Assembly: GCA_042576125.1 (NCBI GenBank)
Contig: JBHPCH010000002.1
Coordinates: 1-60,533 of the forward strand
Direction: 5' to 3'
Source of the DNA: Thermodesulfobacteriota bacterium
GTDB lineage: Bacteria > Desulfobacterota > Desulfobulbia > Desulfobulbales > BM004
DNA length: 60,533 nucleotides
The notes below the pieces were generated by a model. It did no database searches and was not told the DNA's origin. It was given only the letters and a program-made list of their open reading frames with translations. A program made the position numbers and the translations under genes. Positions 17,243 through 26,525 of the stretch are shown one piece after another. The number at the start of each line of letters is the position of its first letter. The first letter of the stretch is position 1.

Positions 17243-18760
17243 CTAAGAGTTTCTGGGAACCGTGATTTTCAGCAGAGTCCCTTTCCCGGGAGAAGAATTG
17301 AATGAGAATACACCTCCAAGATTTTCGGCACGCTCCTTAATACTGGTTAGCCCCATTCCGCCATTTCCTGCAATTGAATCTGTTTCAAAGCCAATGCCGT
17401 CATCAGACACCTGAATTTCTGCAGTATCTTTTGTGGTGAGAACTTTAACAGTAACCATGGTTGCAGAGGAATGTTTCAGGGTATTATTTAAGGCCTCCTG
17501 GATAATCCGGTAGAACGTATCCTCTTCAAGCTCGGACAATTCATCGCCCTTATCAATTAACAGTTGCCCCTTGATACCGGAGCGGCTTTCCACAGCATCC
17601 AAACGCTGCTGTATAGCCGCTTTGAATCCTTCTTTTTTCAGAATTTCCGGACGTAAATTATAGATGAGAAGCCGCATCTCTTTCAGAGTTTGCTGTACGG
17701 TGCTATTAAGCTCGCCAAGGCTTGCGAGGGAGTTCTTCAAGTCACCTGCCTCAGCCAGATGCCGGGCTGTTTCACCGATAAGGGAAACACTGTAAAGTGA
17801 CTGGGAAACAGAATCATGAAGTTCACGGGCCAGCCTGCTCCTTTCCGCCAAAACCGCAGATTCTTTGGCAATATTTTTTCGTTTAACAATTTCGTCTGCA
17901 AGTTTTAAATGGGCCTCTTCGAGAGGAGTTATATCCCAAAAACTTTCTATGGCTTGAATAACCCTGCCTTTGTTGTCTTTCAGATAGGCGATACTCTTCG
18001 AGACAACATGGCGGTCTCCGGATTTATCCCTTATTTCAATTTCACGGTTCTGCACATTCCCATTCAACGGCTGTTCAAAATTCAGCGCACATTTCTTGCA
18101 CCTCTGGTCAACTGCAACCCTTTGATAGATGCAAACCTTGCCGACAACCTCGTCTGCAGGGTAGCCGGTTATTTTTTCAGCTGCCAGATTCCATGATGTA
18201 ATTATTCTGTCCTTATTAACGGTAAAAATTGCTGCAGGAGAGGTCATGAGGATGCTCTGCAATTCAACCCTCTGCAACTCCTCCTTTCTGGCAAGATTCC
18301 ATTTTTCAGTCAGTGCGAATGACAGCTGGATAATCTCTTCATGATCAAAAGGCTTACGCAGCAAAATAAGCTTTTCCGGTGTACCAACTGCATGAATGAT
18401 CTCTTCCAGGGACCTGTCAGAGAAAGCGGTGACAATAACAATCTCTATATTCGGATCTATCTCCCGGATTCGGGCGGCTGTAGAAATCCCACCCCAACCA
18501 GGCGGCATACGGATATCAATAAAAGCAAGGGCAAACGGCTTATCTTCTGCAAGCCCTTTCTGCACAAGGCTAAAGCCTTCCTGCCCCTGGGAAGCTATTT
18601 CTAGGGTAAACTTCTGCTTCTCATTATCATCCAATGACAGAAGCTGACTGATCTGATCCCTGTAATTTTCTGACGTGCCCTCGGCAGGGGCGATGATCTT
18701 CTGATAGATTTCCCTGATTTCAGGGTCATCATCTATAACTAAAATTCGCCTGTTGTCCAT
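17243..18760 (-). CDS. REC-PAS-histidine kinase (HisKA_3/NarX-type dimerisation domain + HATPase_c)
   Basis: 505 aa. N-terminal REC (ILVIDDDPE...FIDIRMPPGWGG...LRKPFD), a PAS domain with C-x10-C-x2-C, H-box ARELHDSVSQSLY, and C-terminal DDGIGF...GGMGL. Confidence 0.85.
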   Translation of the reverse strand: MDNRRILVIDDDPEIREIYQKIIAPAEGTSENYRDQISQLLSLDDNEKQKFTLEIASQGQEGFSLVQKGLAEDKPFALAFIDIRMPPGWGGISTAARIREIDPNIEIVIVTAFSDRSLEEIIHAVGTPEKLILLRKPFDHEEIIQLSFALTEKWNLARKEELQRVELQSILMTSPAAIFTVNKDRIITSWNLAAEKITGYPADEVVGKVCIYQRVAVDQRCKKCALNFEQPLNGNVQNREIEIRDKSGDRHVVSKSIAYLKDNKGRVIQAIESFWDITPLEEAHLKLADEIVKRKNIAKESAVLAERSRLARELHDSVSQSLYSVSLIGETARHLAEAGDLKNSLASLGELNSTVQQTLKEMRLLIYNLRPEILKKEGFKAAIQQRLDAVESRSGIKGQLLIDKGDELSELEEDTFYRIIQEALNNTLKHSSATMVTVKVLTTKDTAEIQVSDDGIGFETDSIAGNGGMGLTSIKERAENLGGVFSFNSSPGKGTLLKITVPRNS

Positions 18761-18842
18761 TTAAAAACTGCATCCCTTTTGATATCCAGTGTAAACTACC
18801 CACCGCTCTTTACGTATGGACATTACTGATAAGATTCGCTCG

Positions 18843-21356
18843 CTAACCCCTGCTGCTCGTGTCATTATCCATATGTGCATCAGGTGAAGCAGCAGCATCT
18901 TCAACTCCATCAAGAATAGCCCTGACCCTTGCCGATAACTGGCTGGGGCTGAAAGGTTTCTGCATAAAAAATGTCCGTTGGAGATCGTGGAGATCATGAG
19001 GGGCTATCTCTGAGGTATGTCCACTGATAAACAGTATCGGCAGGTTATCAAACTTGATACGGAACGTTTCAGCCACAGCCTTGCCGCTTAACCCGGGCAT
19101 AACAACATCAGTGATCAACATATCAATTTTTTTATCGTACTCGTGGATTATCCGGATGGCTTTCTCGCTGCCGCTCGCTTCAATCACCTTATAGCCAAAA
19201 ATTTTCAGCCCAGTTGAAATTGCATCAAGGACCTCTTTGCTGTCTTCCACAATCAGGATGACCTCGTTACCCTGCTGGAGGTCTACAGTCTTTTCTTTCT
19301 TTTCATCGCTGGGTTTGTATTCACTCTCTTTAGGCAGGTAAATCATGACGGTAGTACCCTGCCCGGGCTGGCTTTCCAGAATAATGTGTCCACCGTGCTG
19401 TTTCACAATTCCGAATACAGTTGAGAGACCAATACCTGTTCCCTTGCCTGTAGGCTTAGTGGTGAAAAAAGGATCAAATATACGGTCCTGAGTATTTTTG
19501 TCTATACCGGACCCCGTGTCACTAACTGTCATAAGGACAAAATCACCTGAAAAGAAGTTCCTCTCAGAATCCAACAAAGGATCTGATACGGGGATTGATT
19601 CATTCCTGGTGGTAATAGCAATATGCCCACTCTCTTTTATCGCGTCCTTAGCATTTACTATCAGGTTAATCAGTACCTGCCCCAGCCTTCCTGTATCAGC
19701 TTTAGTAAACCACAGATCTCTTTCCAGGTTATATTTCAGCTCAATATCCTCCCGAATAAGCCGGTTTAGCATCTTTCCCATATTCTCAACGACTGAGCTG
19801 ACATTGATCCTGCGGGTATCCAGTACCTGCTGACGGCTGTATGCAAGAATCTGCTTGGTAAGGTCTGCAGCTGAACTGGCACTCTCTATAATAATGTCAA
19901 AGCATTCCTGAATTTTATCATGCTCGTTCTTTTTCAGGTGTAGTTCACCAAGCTGGGCATAACCAATTATTGGGGTAAGAATATTATTGAAGTCATGGGC
20001 AATACCTCCGGCAAGGGTACCTAAAGCTTCAAGTTTCTGACCATGATGATACCGCTCCTCCAGCATGGACTTCTCAGCTTCCATCTTTTTGCGTTCACTG
20101 ATATCACGATCTATGCCATGGTAGCCGACTATTTTTTCCTTACCGCCTGTCACCGGTGTTGCACTGGATTCAACAAAAATAATTTTACCGTCCTTTGTGA
20201 TAACCTGGCGCTCAACCCCTTGAAAACCCTGGAAATTTTCAAGACTTTGCTGAAATTGTTTTTTAAATTCCTTAACAGCATCAGGAGCGGTAAGTGTATC
20301 AAATAACGATTGCCCCAGAAGTTCTTCCGGCAAATATCCATATAAGTCTTCACAAACAGGTGAGCAGTAGGTAAATCTGCCCTCGCTGTCAATTTCCCAC
20401 ACCCAATCACTAGTCGTCTCAACCAGTGACCTGAACCGCTCCTCGGATTCATGTAGAGCCTCTTCAAACTCTTTACGCAATGTGATATCCCAGAAACTCT
20501 CCACCACCCCGATAATTTCATTATCTCTGTCTTTAAGTGGTGATGCATTTATTGATATGGTCTTCGACTTTCCGCCTTTATCCAGAAAGGTAAGTTCAAC
20601 ATTATGACCACTCTGATCATCAATACTGCCTGGACTGCATTTACGGCATATTGACTCATTGGAGATTTTCTGAAAAATACAGGGGCGCCCCATTACTTCT
20701 TCAGCACTGTACCCGGTGACCTGCTCGGCAGCAGGATTCCAGGAAGTAATTCTGCGCTGCATGTCGGTCGTAAAAATGGCAGCCGGTGTGGTTGTAAGAA
20801 TTGTTGATAACTCTTTACGCTGTCTTTCTTCAATCCTGAATATTTTCCACTTTTCACATAAAGAAAGTGCTATCTGTTTCAGTTCGTCCAGATCAAACGG
20901 TTTCCTGAGGTAGAGTAGTTTATGGGGAGGATTGACAGCCTGGGCTATCTCATCCCTTGATCTGTCAGCATAGGCTGTCACAATAACAATTTCTATATCA
21001 GGATCAATGGCACGAATCTGTACAGCTGTTTCCATACCATCCCAGCCGGGCGGCATTCTGACATCAATAAAGGCAATTGCAAACGGCTTATTTTCCTCAA
21101 GAGATTTTTCAACAAGCTGGAGACCTTCCTGCCCCTGGGAAGCAAAACTGACATCAAAATTTTCCTGGCCTGGCAAATCCGTTAACCCGGCGTCAGCAAC
21201 AAGTTCTTCCATCTTTTTCTGGGCGGTAAATTTTCCTTCAAGCTGCTGGGGAGCCAGAATGGCCTTGTAGGCTTCCCATACATCGGGATCATCATCAATA
21301 ACAATTATTCTGTTATTAGATGTCTTTTCTATTTGATTAGTTGTCTTCATTATCAA
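18843..21356 (-). CDS. hybrid sensor kinase: REC-PAS-PAS-HisKA-HATPase_c-REC
   Basis: 837 aa. The N-terminal REC+PAS module is paralogous to that of the 505-aa kinase. H-box is GGIAHDFNNILTPI; ATPase boxes are NAKDA, DTGSGI and GTGIGL. C-terminal REC (ILIVEDS...ITDVVMPGLSG...QKPF). Confidence 0.9.
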   Translation of the reverse strand: MIMKTTNQIEKTSNNRIIVIDDDPDVWEAYKAILAPQQLEGKFTAQKKMEELVADAGLTDLPGQENFDVSFASQGQEGLQLVEKSLEENKPFAIAFIDVRMPPGWDGMETAVQIRAIDPDIEIVIVTAYADRSRDEIAQAVNPPHKLLYLRKPFDLDELKQIALSLCEKWKIFRIEERQRKELSTILTTTPAAIFTTDMQRRITSWNPAAEQVTGYSAEEVMGRPCIFQKISNESICRKCSPGSIDDQSGHNVELTFLDKGGKSKTISINASPLKDRDNEIIGVVESFWDITLRKEFEEALHESEERFRSLVETTSDWVWEIDSEGRFTYCSPVCEDLYGYLPEELLGQSLFDTLTAPDAVKEFKKQFQQSLENFQGFQGVERQVITKDGKIIFVESSATPVTGGKEKIVGYHGIDRDISERKKMEAEKSMLEERYHHGQKLEALGTLAGGIAHDFNNILTPIIGYAQLGELHLKKNEHDKIQECFDIIIESASSAADLTKQILAYSRQQVLDTRRINVSSVVENMGKMLNRLIREDIELKYNLERDLWFTKADTGRLGQVLINLIVNAKDAIKESGHIAITTRNESIPVSDPLLDSERNFFSGDFVLMTVSDTGSGIDKNTQDRIFDPFFTTKPTGKGTGIGLSTVFGIVKQHGGHIILESQPGQGTTVMIYLPKESEYKPSDEKKEKTVDLQQGNEVILIVEDSKEVLDAISTGLKIFGYKVIEASGSEKAIRIIHEYDKKIDMLITDVVMPGLSGKAVAETFRIKFDNLPILFISGHTSEIAPHDLHDLQRTFFMQKPFSPSQLSARVRAILDGVEDAAASPDAHMDNDTSSRG

Positions 21357-23190
21357 TCACATGTTCATTATTCTCATCATCCCTCACAAGAGGAAGATGG
21401 ACGATAAATTCAGCACCCGTACCCGGACCGTTGCTTTTTGCTTCAATGGTCCCTTTATTTGCTATGAGGAAATTAGCGCAAGAATGCAAACCAAAACCTG
21501 ACCCTTCTCTTTTGGAAGTATAACCATAGGTGAAAAGCTTCTCTTTGTCTTCAGGGGCAAAGCCCATCCCGGAATCTTTTATTGCTATGGATATAAACTT
21601 GCCATCATTGTCAAGGTTAGCAGAAACGGCTAGATTACGCTCATCAAGTTGCTTATCTCTCATTGCTTCTAAAGCATTTTTTACTAGATTAATAATAACT
21701 TGCAGAAGCTTGGACTGCTCTATCCGGATAGGCGGCAGATCAGATTCAGTATCCTTTTTTACTGCAACTGAATATTTGGTTATAGAATCTGCCAGCATTT
21801 CCAGGGAATCATTTATGACCTTGTTGACATTTACATTTTCAATATTGCCTGAAAGCCTGGCATAGCGCAGTTGCAGATGAATGATAGACTCAATGTGTTC
21901 ATGCTTAGCCCGTATCCGTTTTATTTCACTGTTTATATGGTCATACTCTTCAATGATCGCATCCGGCATTACTGCAACTATCTGCTGGAGCTGCTCTCTT
22001 TCATCCTGAGGTAAGTCTCCGGGGGCAGCTATAAAATTATTGAGACGCGCCATCATCTCTTTAATGTGGTTACGGATTCTGCTCTCATTAATTCTTTTAA
22101 TTAACAATGCGGTGCTGACCTTGGCCGGGGTGATTGCATTTCCTATATTGTGCAGGATGCCAACTGCCATTTCAGCCATACCGGCTTCGTGGGCCTGGCG
22201 CAACAAGTCTGCCTGGGCCATTTCCAGGTCCCTTGTACGTTCCTCAACCTTGAACTCCAGGTTTCTGCTGTGCTGTTCCAGCTGCTCATAAGATGTATGC
22301 AGCTTTCCTGTCATGGAGTTGAATGAATCAGAAAGGTGAATAAACTCCCGGCAGGAAAGACCGTCCATAGAAATCCGGTGCTTGAGATCCCCTTTTGATA
22401 TTTTCTTAACCCCATTACTTAAAACATTCATGGAACGAATAAATGTCCGGGTGAAAAAGAAAGAGACTAGAGCCCCTATCAGAAAGAAAAAAAGCGTGAT
22501 AGATACAAATGAGATCTTGAGATTGTTCATTTTCTGAGCCCATTCCTGTCTCACGGATGCTGCTTCAGCGTCTAACTTTTTAAAGGAATACCCGCACCGT
22601 AAAAACCCTGCCAGACTTGCGCCACTGTAAACCGGGGTGACTACCTCCAGTGCGTTGATAAAATTTTCATCTTCCTGCACTTTTATCTCAAAAAATCGCA
22701 CTGGGGTGGGTAAATCTTCATCCGTCAGCTTGGCCAGGAATATTTTTTTTTCTAAATCTGAAACCAAAATGGAAGTAGTATCATCCAGGGTCTGGCCAAT
22801 ATTTTTTGAGTCATTGTGAGTCAATATTTTACGATTGGGGGCCATAATATAGGCGTAAATTATTTCCGACTCTTCATTAACCACCTGGGTGAACATGTTA
22901 TTAAGAAAGGAAAAATCAAACCCGGCAATGGCCTGGCCGGCACTGAGAGCGAGATTTTTCGCCAGTGAGGAACTGCGGAGCTCAAGATCCTGCCTCATTT
23001 GCACTATCATTCGCTCAAGGTGTGTATTTTGAAAAGTTGTCTCTTGTCGAAAAAAATATGTGGCCATGGTAGGAAACAGCAAAAAGAGGAGAACAAAATT
23101 CATCACAATCAGATAGACCAGGATTGACGGCTGCCATCGACCGGTCATTTGATTTGCTTTCTGTCCTGTAAGGGTTTTCTCTATGCTCAT
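21337..23190 (-). CDS. membrane sensor kinase: TM - ~190-aa extracytoplasmic domain - TM - HAMP - kinase core with atypical H-box
   Basis: 617 aa with two TM segments and HAMP (MNVLSNGVKKISKGDLKHRI...FNSMTGKL). H-box-like GILHNIGNAITP; ATPase boxes NALEA, DSGMGF and GSGFGL. The start overlaps the preceding gene's stop by 4 nt. Confidence 0.8.
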   Translation of the reverse strand: MSIEKTLTGQKANQMTGRWQPSILVYLIVMNFVLLFLLFPTMATYFFRQETTFQNTHLERMIVQMRQDLELRSSSLAKNLALSAGQAIAGFDFSFLNNMFTQVVNEESEIIYAYIMAPNRKILTHNDSKNIGQTLDDTTSILVSDLEKKIFLAKLTDEDLPTPVRFFEIKVQEDENFINALEVVTPVYSGASLAGFLRCGYSFKKLDAEAASVRQEWAQKMNNLKISFVSITLFFFLIGALVSFFFTRTFIRSMNVLSNGVKKISKGDLKHRISMDGLSCREFIHLSDSFNSMTGKLHTSYEQLEQHSRNLEFKVEERTRDLEMAQADLLRQAHEAGMAEMAVGILHNIGNAITPAKVSTALLIKRINESRIRNHIKEMMARLNNFIAAPGDLPQDEREQLQQIVAVMPDAIIEEYDHINSEIKRIRAKHEHIESIIHLQLRYARLSGNIENVNVNKVINDSLEMLADSITKYSVAVKKDTESDLPPIRIEQSKLLQVIINLVKNALEAMRDKQLDERNLAVSANLDNDGKFISIAIKDSGMGFAPEDKEKLFTYGYTSKREGSGFGLHSCANFLIANKGTIEAKSNGPGTGAEFIVHLPLVRDDENNEHVIDNEDN

Positions 23191-24143
23191 CTCTCAATTA
23201 TTTTCGTTGCCTGATCCAAGGTGTTCCGACTTACCTGTAAACCGATCTTCTTTGCTGTTTTCAAGTTGATAAACAAGCGTGTGCCAATGGGAGGCATAAC
23301 ACCTATCCTGCCTGGCTTCTGATTATTTTGCAGAATACTTTTTGTAATTGAGGCTGCCTGGCTTCCCAAATTTTTCTGGTCAGGATCAACACTGAGTACT
23401 ATTCCGAGTTTTGCAACATTTTCAGAAGGCCCCAGACATATTATCCGATCATTAATGCAACGGCGTTCAAGCCATGAGATATTTTCAAGGGTATAAACAA
23501 CCGGGTCAGGCAGGATCCAGTAGCTGTCAATCTTGTCTTCCATACCTTTGAAAGCGCGTTGAAATTCCTGCGGATTCACTATGACTTTCTCTACGAGTTT
23601 CAGGTTAAGTATTTCAGCAGATTTCCTGGCTGATTCTATAAATTGACTTGAATATTCTCTGCTGTAAACTATCCCAACCTTATTGATTTCAGGTGAAAGC
23701 ATGGAGAGGTTGGCAAGATGCGTTCCGGGCGCCACGTCATAAGCAATTCCAGCAACGTTGCCCTGGCGGCCGATAAGGTCATAACGTTCCCAGTTAAGAA
23801 CCATGGCAAAAACAACCGGTATCTCCGGTTGATCTGCTGTCCAGACCTTGCTTATCACCGCAGCCTTGGCGCCAAGGGCAAAGATAAGTTGGGGATTACG
23901 GCTAATGATTTCAGTCATGACTTCAGGTGCCCGCCGCACATCGCCCTTAAGGTTGTAAATCTCTACAGGCAGATTGACCTCTTCAGTGAAACTATCGATA
24001 GGACCGGAATACGCCTCTTCCGTATCGCTAACCAGAATCACAATCGGTTGCTCACTGCCGGCCAGCAGCATGGCAGGTCCAACCAACCATGCAATGCCAA
24101 ACAACAGTATAATAATTTTATTGCGTAAAATTTTGCCAGTCAT
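23187..24143 (-). CDS. periplasmic binding protein, ABC_sub_bind-like (no cognate permease/ATPase nearby)
   Basis: 318 aa with a signal peptide. The pattern IVILVSDTEEAYSGPIDSF...ALGAKAA...GIAYDV reads like the orphan 'ABC transporter substrate binding protein' family often found next to kinases. Confidence 0.6.
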   Translation of the reverse strand: MTGKILRNKIIILLFGIAWLVGPAMLLAGSEQPIVILVSDTEEAYSGPIDSFTEEVNLPVEIYNLKGDVRRAPEVMTEIISRNPQLIFALGAKAAVISKVWTADQPEIPVVFAMVLNWERYDLIGRQGNVAGIAYDVAPGTHLANLSMLSPEINKVGIVYSREYSSQFIESARKSAEILNLKLVEKVIVNPQEFQRAFKGMEDKIDSYWILPDPVVYTLENISWLERRCINDRIICLGPSENVAKLGIVLSVDPDQKNLGSQAASITKSILQNNQKPGRIGVMPPIGTRLFINLKTAKKIGLQVSRNTLDQATKIIER

Positions 24144-24966
24144 CGATCTGCAACATTTCCATTATTTTATTACGGGGACGATCTGAGGTCATTTTTTTAA
24201 ATGCCTCTACCAGTTTCTTCACATCTCCTGATTCCACCCTGCCTTCCAGATAGCAAAGGACAGGCATAGGTACTGTGATACTTCTATCAAGTTTTTTTAT
24301 CGTTCTAATAATTCTGGGATTTGCATCTGATATGACCTGTAAATTATCCTGGCCCACCAGGGCCATTTTTACCTGGCCGAGGACAAGGGCCAGAATTGCA
24401 TCCAGATCTTTCGGTACACTGATTATGTTTAATTGCTGTACACTGACCAACTCTTCTGAGACCAATTCTTTAATTGCTGCTGTTGCTCCATCAGGCCCCA
24501 TGGTTGTCATGGCAAATGATATGATTTCATAGTCACTCGCAGCAGTCGCACTCACTTGTGAAGCCAAAAGGATTTTCTTGTATGAGGTCGAACCGTTGCG
24601 CATAGGGACAAGAAGAGGACGCAACCCAAGATCCTTGCCGTATTTACGAAAATACCACTCAGGTACAAGGATAAATGATGGCCGCTTTTCACTGTTCAGA
24701 CGGTGAAAATCAACAAAATGGGTAAATGGTTGGAAGGTGAATGAAAAATTATTGTCGGATAAAAACGATTGAAACTCCTGCTTCAACCGCCCGAGATTAC
24801 TTTGGGGTGAGTCAGGATTAAAATAATAAAATTCTCCGGGAAAAGTGGTGTTTGCTGAGATTGTGGATATGCATACGCTTTGCCCGCCAAAAACAAAAAA
24901 CAGGACAAAACACGTTAAGAAAGCGCTATACAGAAAAGCCCTCTTCCTCAATACAAAACACCCCAA
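24118..24966 (-). CDS. periplasmic binding protein, PhnD/SsuA-like type-2 fold (probable)
   Basis: 282 aa with an N-terminal hydrophobic signal/anchor. Weak but recognisable similarity in layout to the clearer PhnD-like protein at 53605-54519. First gene of the signalling operon. Confidence 0.4.
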   Translation of the reverse strand: MGCFVLRKRAFLYSAFLTCFVLFFVFGGQSVCISTISANTTFPGEFYYFNPDSPQSNLGRLKQEFQSFLSDNNFSFTFQPFTHFVDFHRLNSEKRPSFILVPEWYFRKYGKDLGLRPLLVPMRNGSTSYKKILLASQVSATAASDYEIISFAMTTMGPDGATAAIKELVSEELVSVQQLNIISVPKDLDAILALVLGQVKMALVGQDNLQVISDANPRIIRTIKKLDRSITVPMPVLCYLEGRVESGDVKKLVEAFKKMTSDRPRNKIMEMLQIDDWQNFTQ

Positions 24967-25165
24967 CGATTATTAAAAATCACCAAGAATATTACAAATT
25001 TGCATAAAATGAACGAAAAGAATCAACGCCTGCCTACTATTAAAACATGTTGAAGAAATTGCATCAACCTTCAATAACTGTATTTTCAAGCATTACAGCA
25101 TTAAAAAAATCCCCCAAAAAGTGAATGCACGGCAAGCTGATGCACAGGTCAGCCTGCCCCTACAG

Positions 25166-26125
25166 TTAATATATCAGCCTTTTTTCTCCCTCAATCTTCT
25201 GGATGGCACCGATAGCCTGGGTTACTTCCAAAACTCCCATATATTCTCCGGCTTCATCATATACAGGATAGTAGCGGATCAGGATCTTGTCGCCTCTGAA
25301 GTCAATCCAGAACTCTGCGTGGTCCATGGTGCGTTCCTTGAATCCGCTCACTATCTGATTCACCGTCCCAACACTTTTTTCCGGGTGACATTTTTCCACT
25401 TTGCGGCCAATAACAGAACGGGTTCTAGGAAAAAGTTTGGTTTTGTCCAGTTTATTGAAATAGGCCACGGTGTCTTCTGCATCCACAAAGGTCACCTCAA
25501 AAGGAAGGGTTTCCATGATTGCATCGATCTGCTCATAGGAAAGGTTGCGGATAAGGCGTTTTTTCGCTTCACTGTCTTTCTCCACTTCGGCAAGCATCTG
25601 GGCATAATGATCTCTTGCCGTATCTCCATAAGTCTGCCGGTCCAGGGTTTTAAATTCGTTTAACAGAGAGGTATTATCCTCTTCACTGAAAACCTTGCGT
25701 CCCATGGCATAGAGCACATCATTTTCCTTCCAGATATGCTCGGCCCGTATGGTGAGATATTCAAACCCTTCGGCAGCAAATTTCTGCCGGGCAACTGGTG
25801 TTGCTTCAGCCAGATTTGGAAGTTCCGCCATCATTCGCTGCAGCAGTTTTCTCTCAGCGTCATGCTCCATGAGCATTACACCTATGGGCCCCCCCTGCAC
25901 CGGAAGTCCTTTCTGTTCCATGAGAGGGAAGAGAAATTTTTCCTCTTTTGTATTATGAACCTTGTCACCAAATTCCAGCAGAAAGTCTATGGCTCTCTGC
26001 ATCTGCAACGGAGTCTTGATTGCCTCATCAATTTTTTCCAGGTTGCTCCTTAATACTGCCATGGCCCTCTCAATCATCTCATGCTCTGCCACGAGGAAGT
26101 CATCCCATCTTGTATAGTTTTCCAT
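25166..26125 (-). CDS. hemerythrin-like + DUF438 + PAS domain protein
   Basis: N-terminal hemerythrin/HHE-like helices (LVAEHEMIERAM...HNTKEEKFLFPLMEQ...MLMEHD), central DUF438-like region and C-terminal PAS (VTFVDAEDTVAYFN...RKVEKCHPEKS...IRYYPVYDEAGEYMGVLEV). The ATG at 26125 has a GGAGG SD; the longest ORF starts at 26164. Confidence 0.7.
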   Translation of the reverse strand: MENYTRWDDFLVAEHEMIERAMAVLRSNLEKIDEAIKTPLQMQRAIDFLLEFGDKVHNTKEEKFLFPLMEQKGLPVQGGPIGVMLMEHDAERKLLQRMMAELPNLAEATPVARQKFAAEGFEYLTIRAEHIWKENDVLYAMGRKVFSEEDNTSLLNEFKTLDRQTYGDTARDHYAQMLAEVEKDSEAKKRLIRNLSYEQIDAIMETLPFEVTFVDAEDTVAYFNKLDKTKLFPRTRSVIGRKVEKCHPEKSVGTVNQIVSGFKERTMDHAEFWIDFRGDKILIRYYPVYDEAGEYMGVLEVTQAIGAIQKIEGEKRLIY

Positions 26126-26238
26126 AGTGCGCCTCCAGCAAATTAAAATATTATATTGCTTCAATCATCCTGTTTAGTTGTAATACTGTATTTTTTTCTC
26201 TTGACTATATATTTTAGATGACCCGACGACACAAGACC

Positions 26239-26252
26239 TTGACCTGGGTCAA
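26239..26252. promoter_or_regulatory. CRP/FNR-family-type palindrome TTGACC-TG-GGTCAA
   Basis: Perfect TTGAC-N4-GTCAA inverted repeat. On the minus strand its centre lies 29.5 nt upstream of a TAAAAT -10-like hexamer (26216-26211), which puts it at about -41.5, the class II activation position. The 2-nt loop is too small for a hairpin. Confidence 0.45.
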
Positions 26253-26263
26253 CCGGAACTTAA

Positions 26264-26452
26264 TTATTCTTCCTCGTAGATACATGAAGAAGGGCAACTG
26301 TCGATGGCTTCCTTTATCAAGTCTTCAGGCCCATCATCGGGCATAATCACTTCTGCTTTTTCAGTATCTGTATTAAGCTTAAAAACTTCCGGGCATATTT
26401 CTTCACAGGTGCCGCAGCCTATACATTCATCCTCATCAATATAAACTGTCAT
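26264..26452 (-). CDS. small ferredoxin (single [4Fe-4S]/[3Fe-4S]-type)
   Basis: 62 aa with GGAGG SD. Cluster motif is CIGCGTCEEICP plus a distal CP (DSCPSSC), and the tail is acidic. Confidence 0.85.
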   Translation of the reverse strand: MTVYIDEDECIGCGTCEEICPEVFKLNTDTEKAEVIMPDDGPEDLIKEAIDSCPSSCIYEEE

Positions 26453-26525
26453 TTCCCCAGACCTCCATAATAATTAAATTTATAGAGTTGCTTATAAATT
26501 CTTCGTGTAAGCTACATAAACAATT

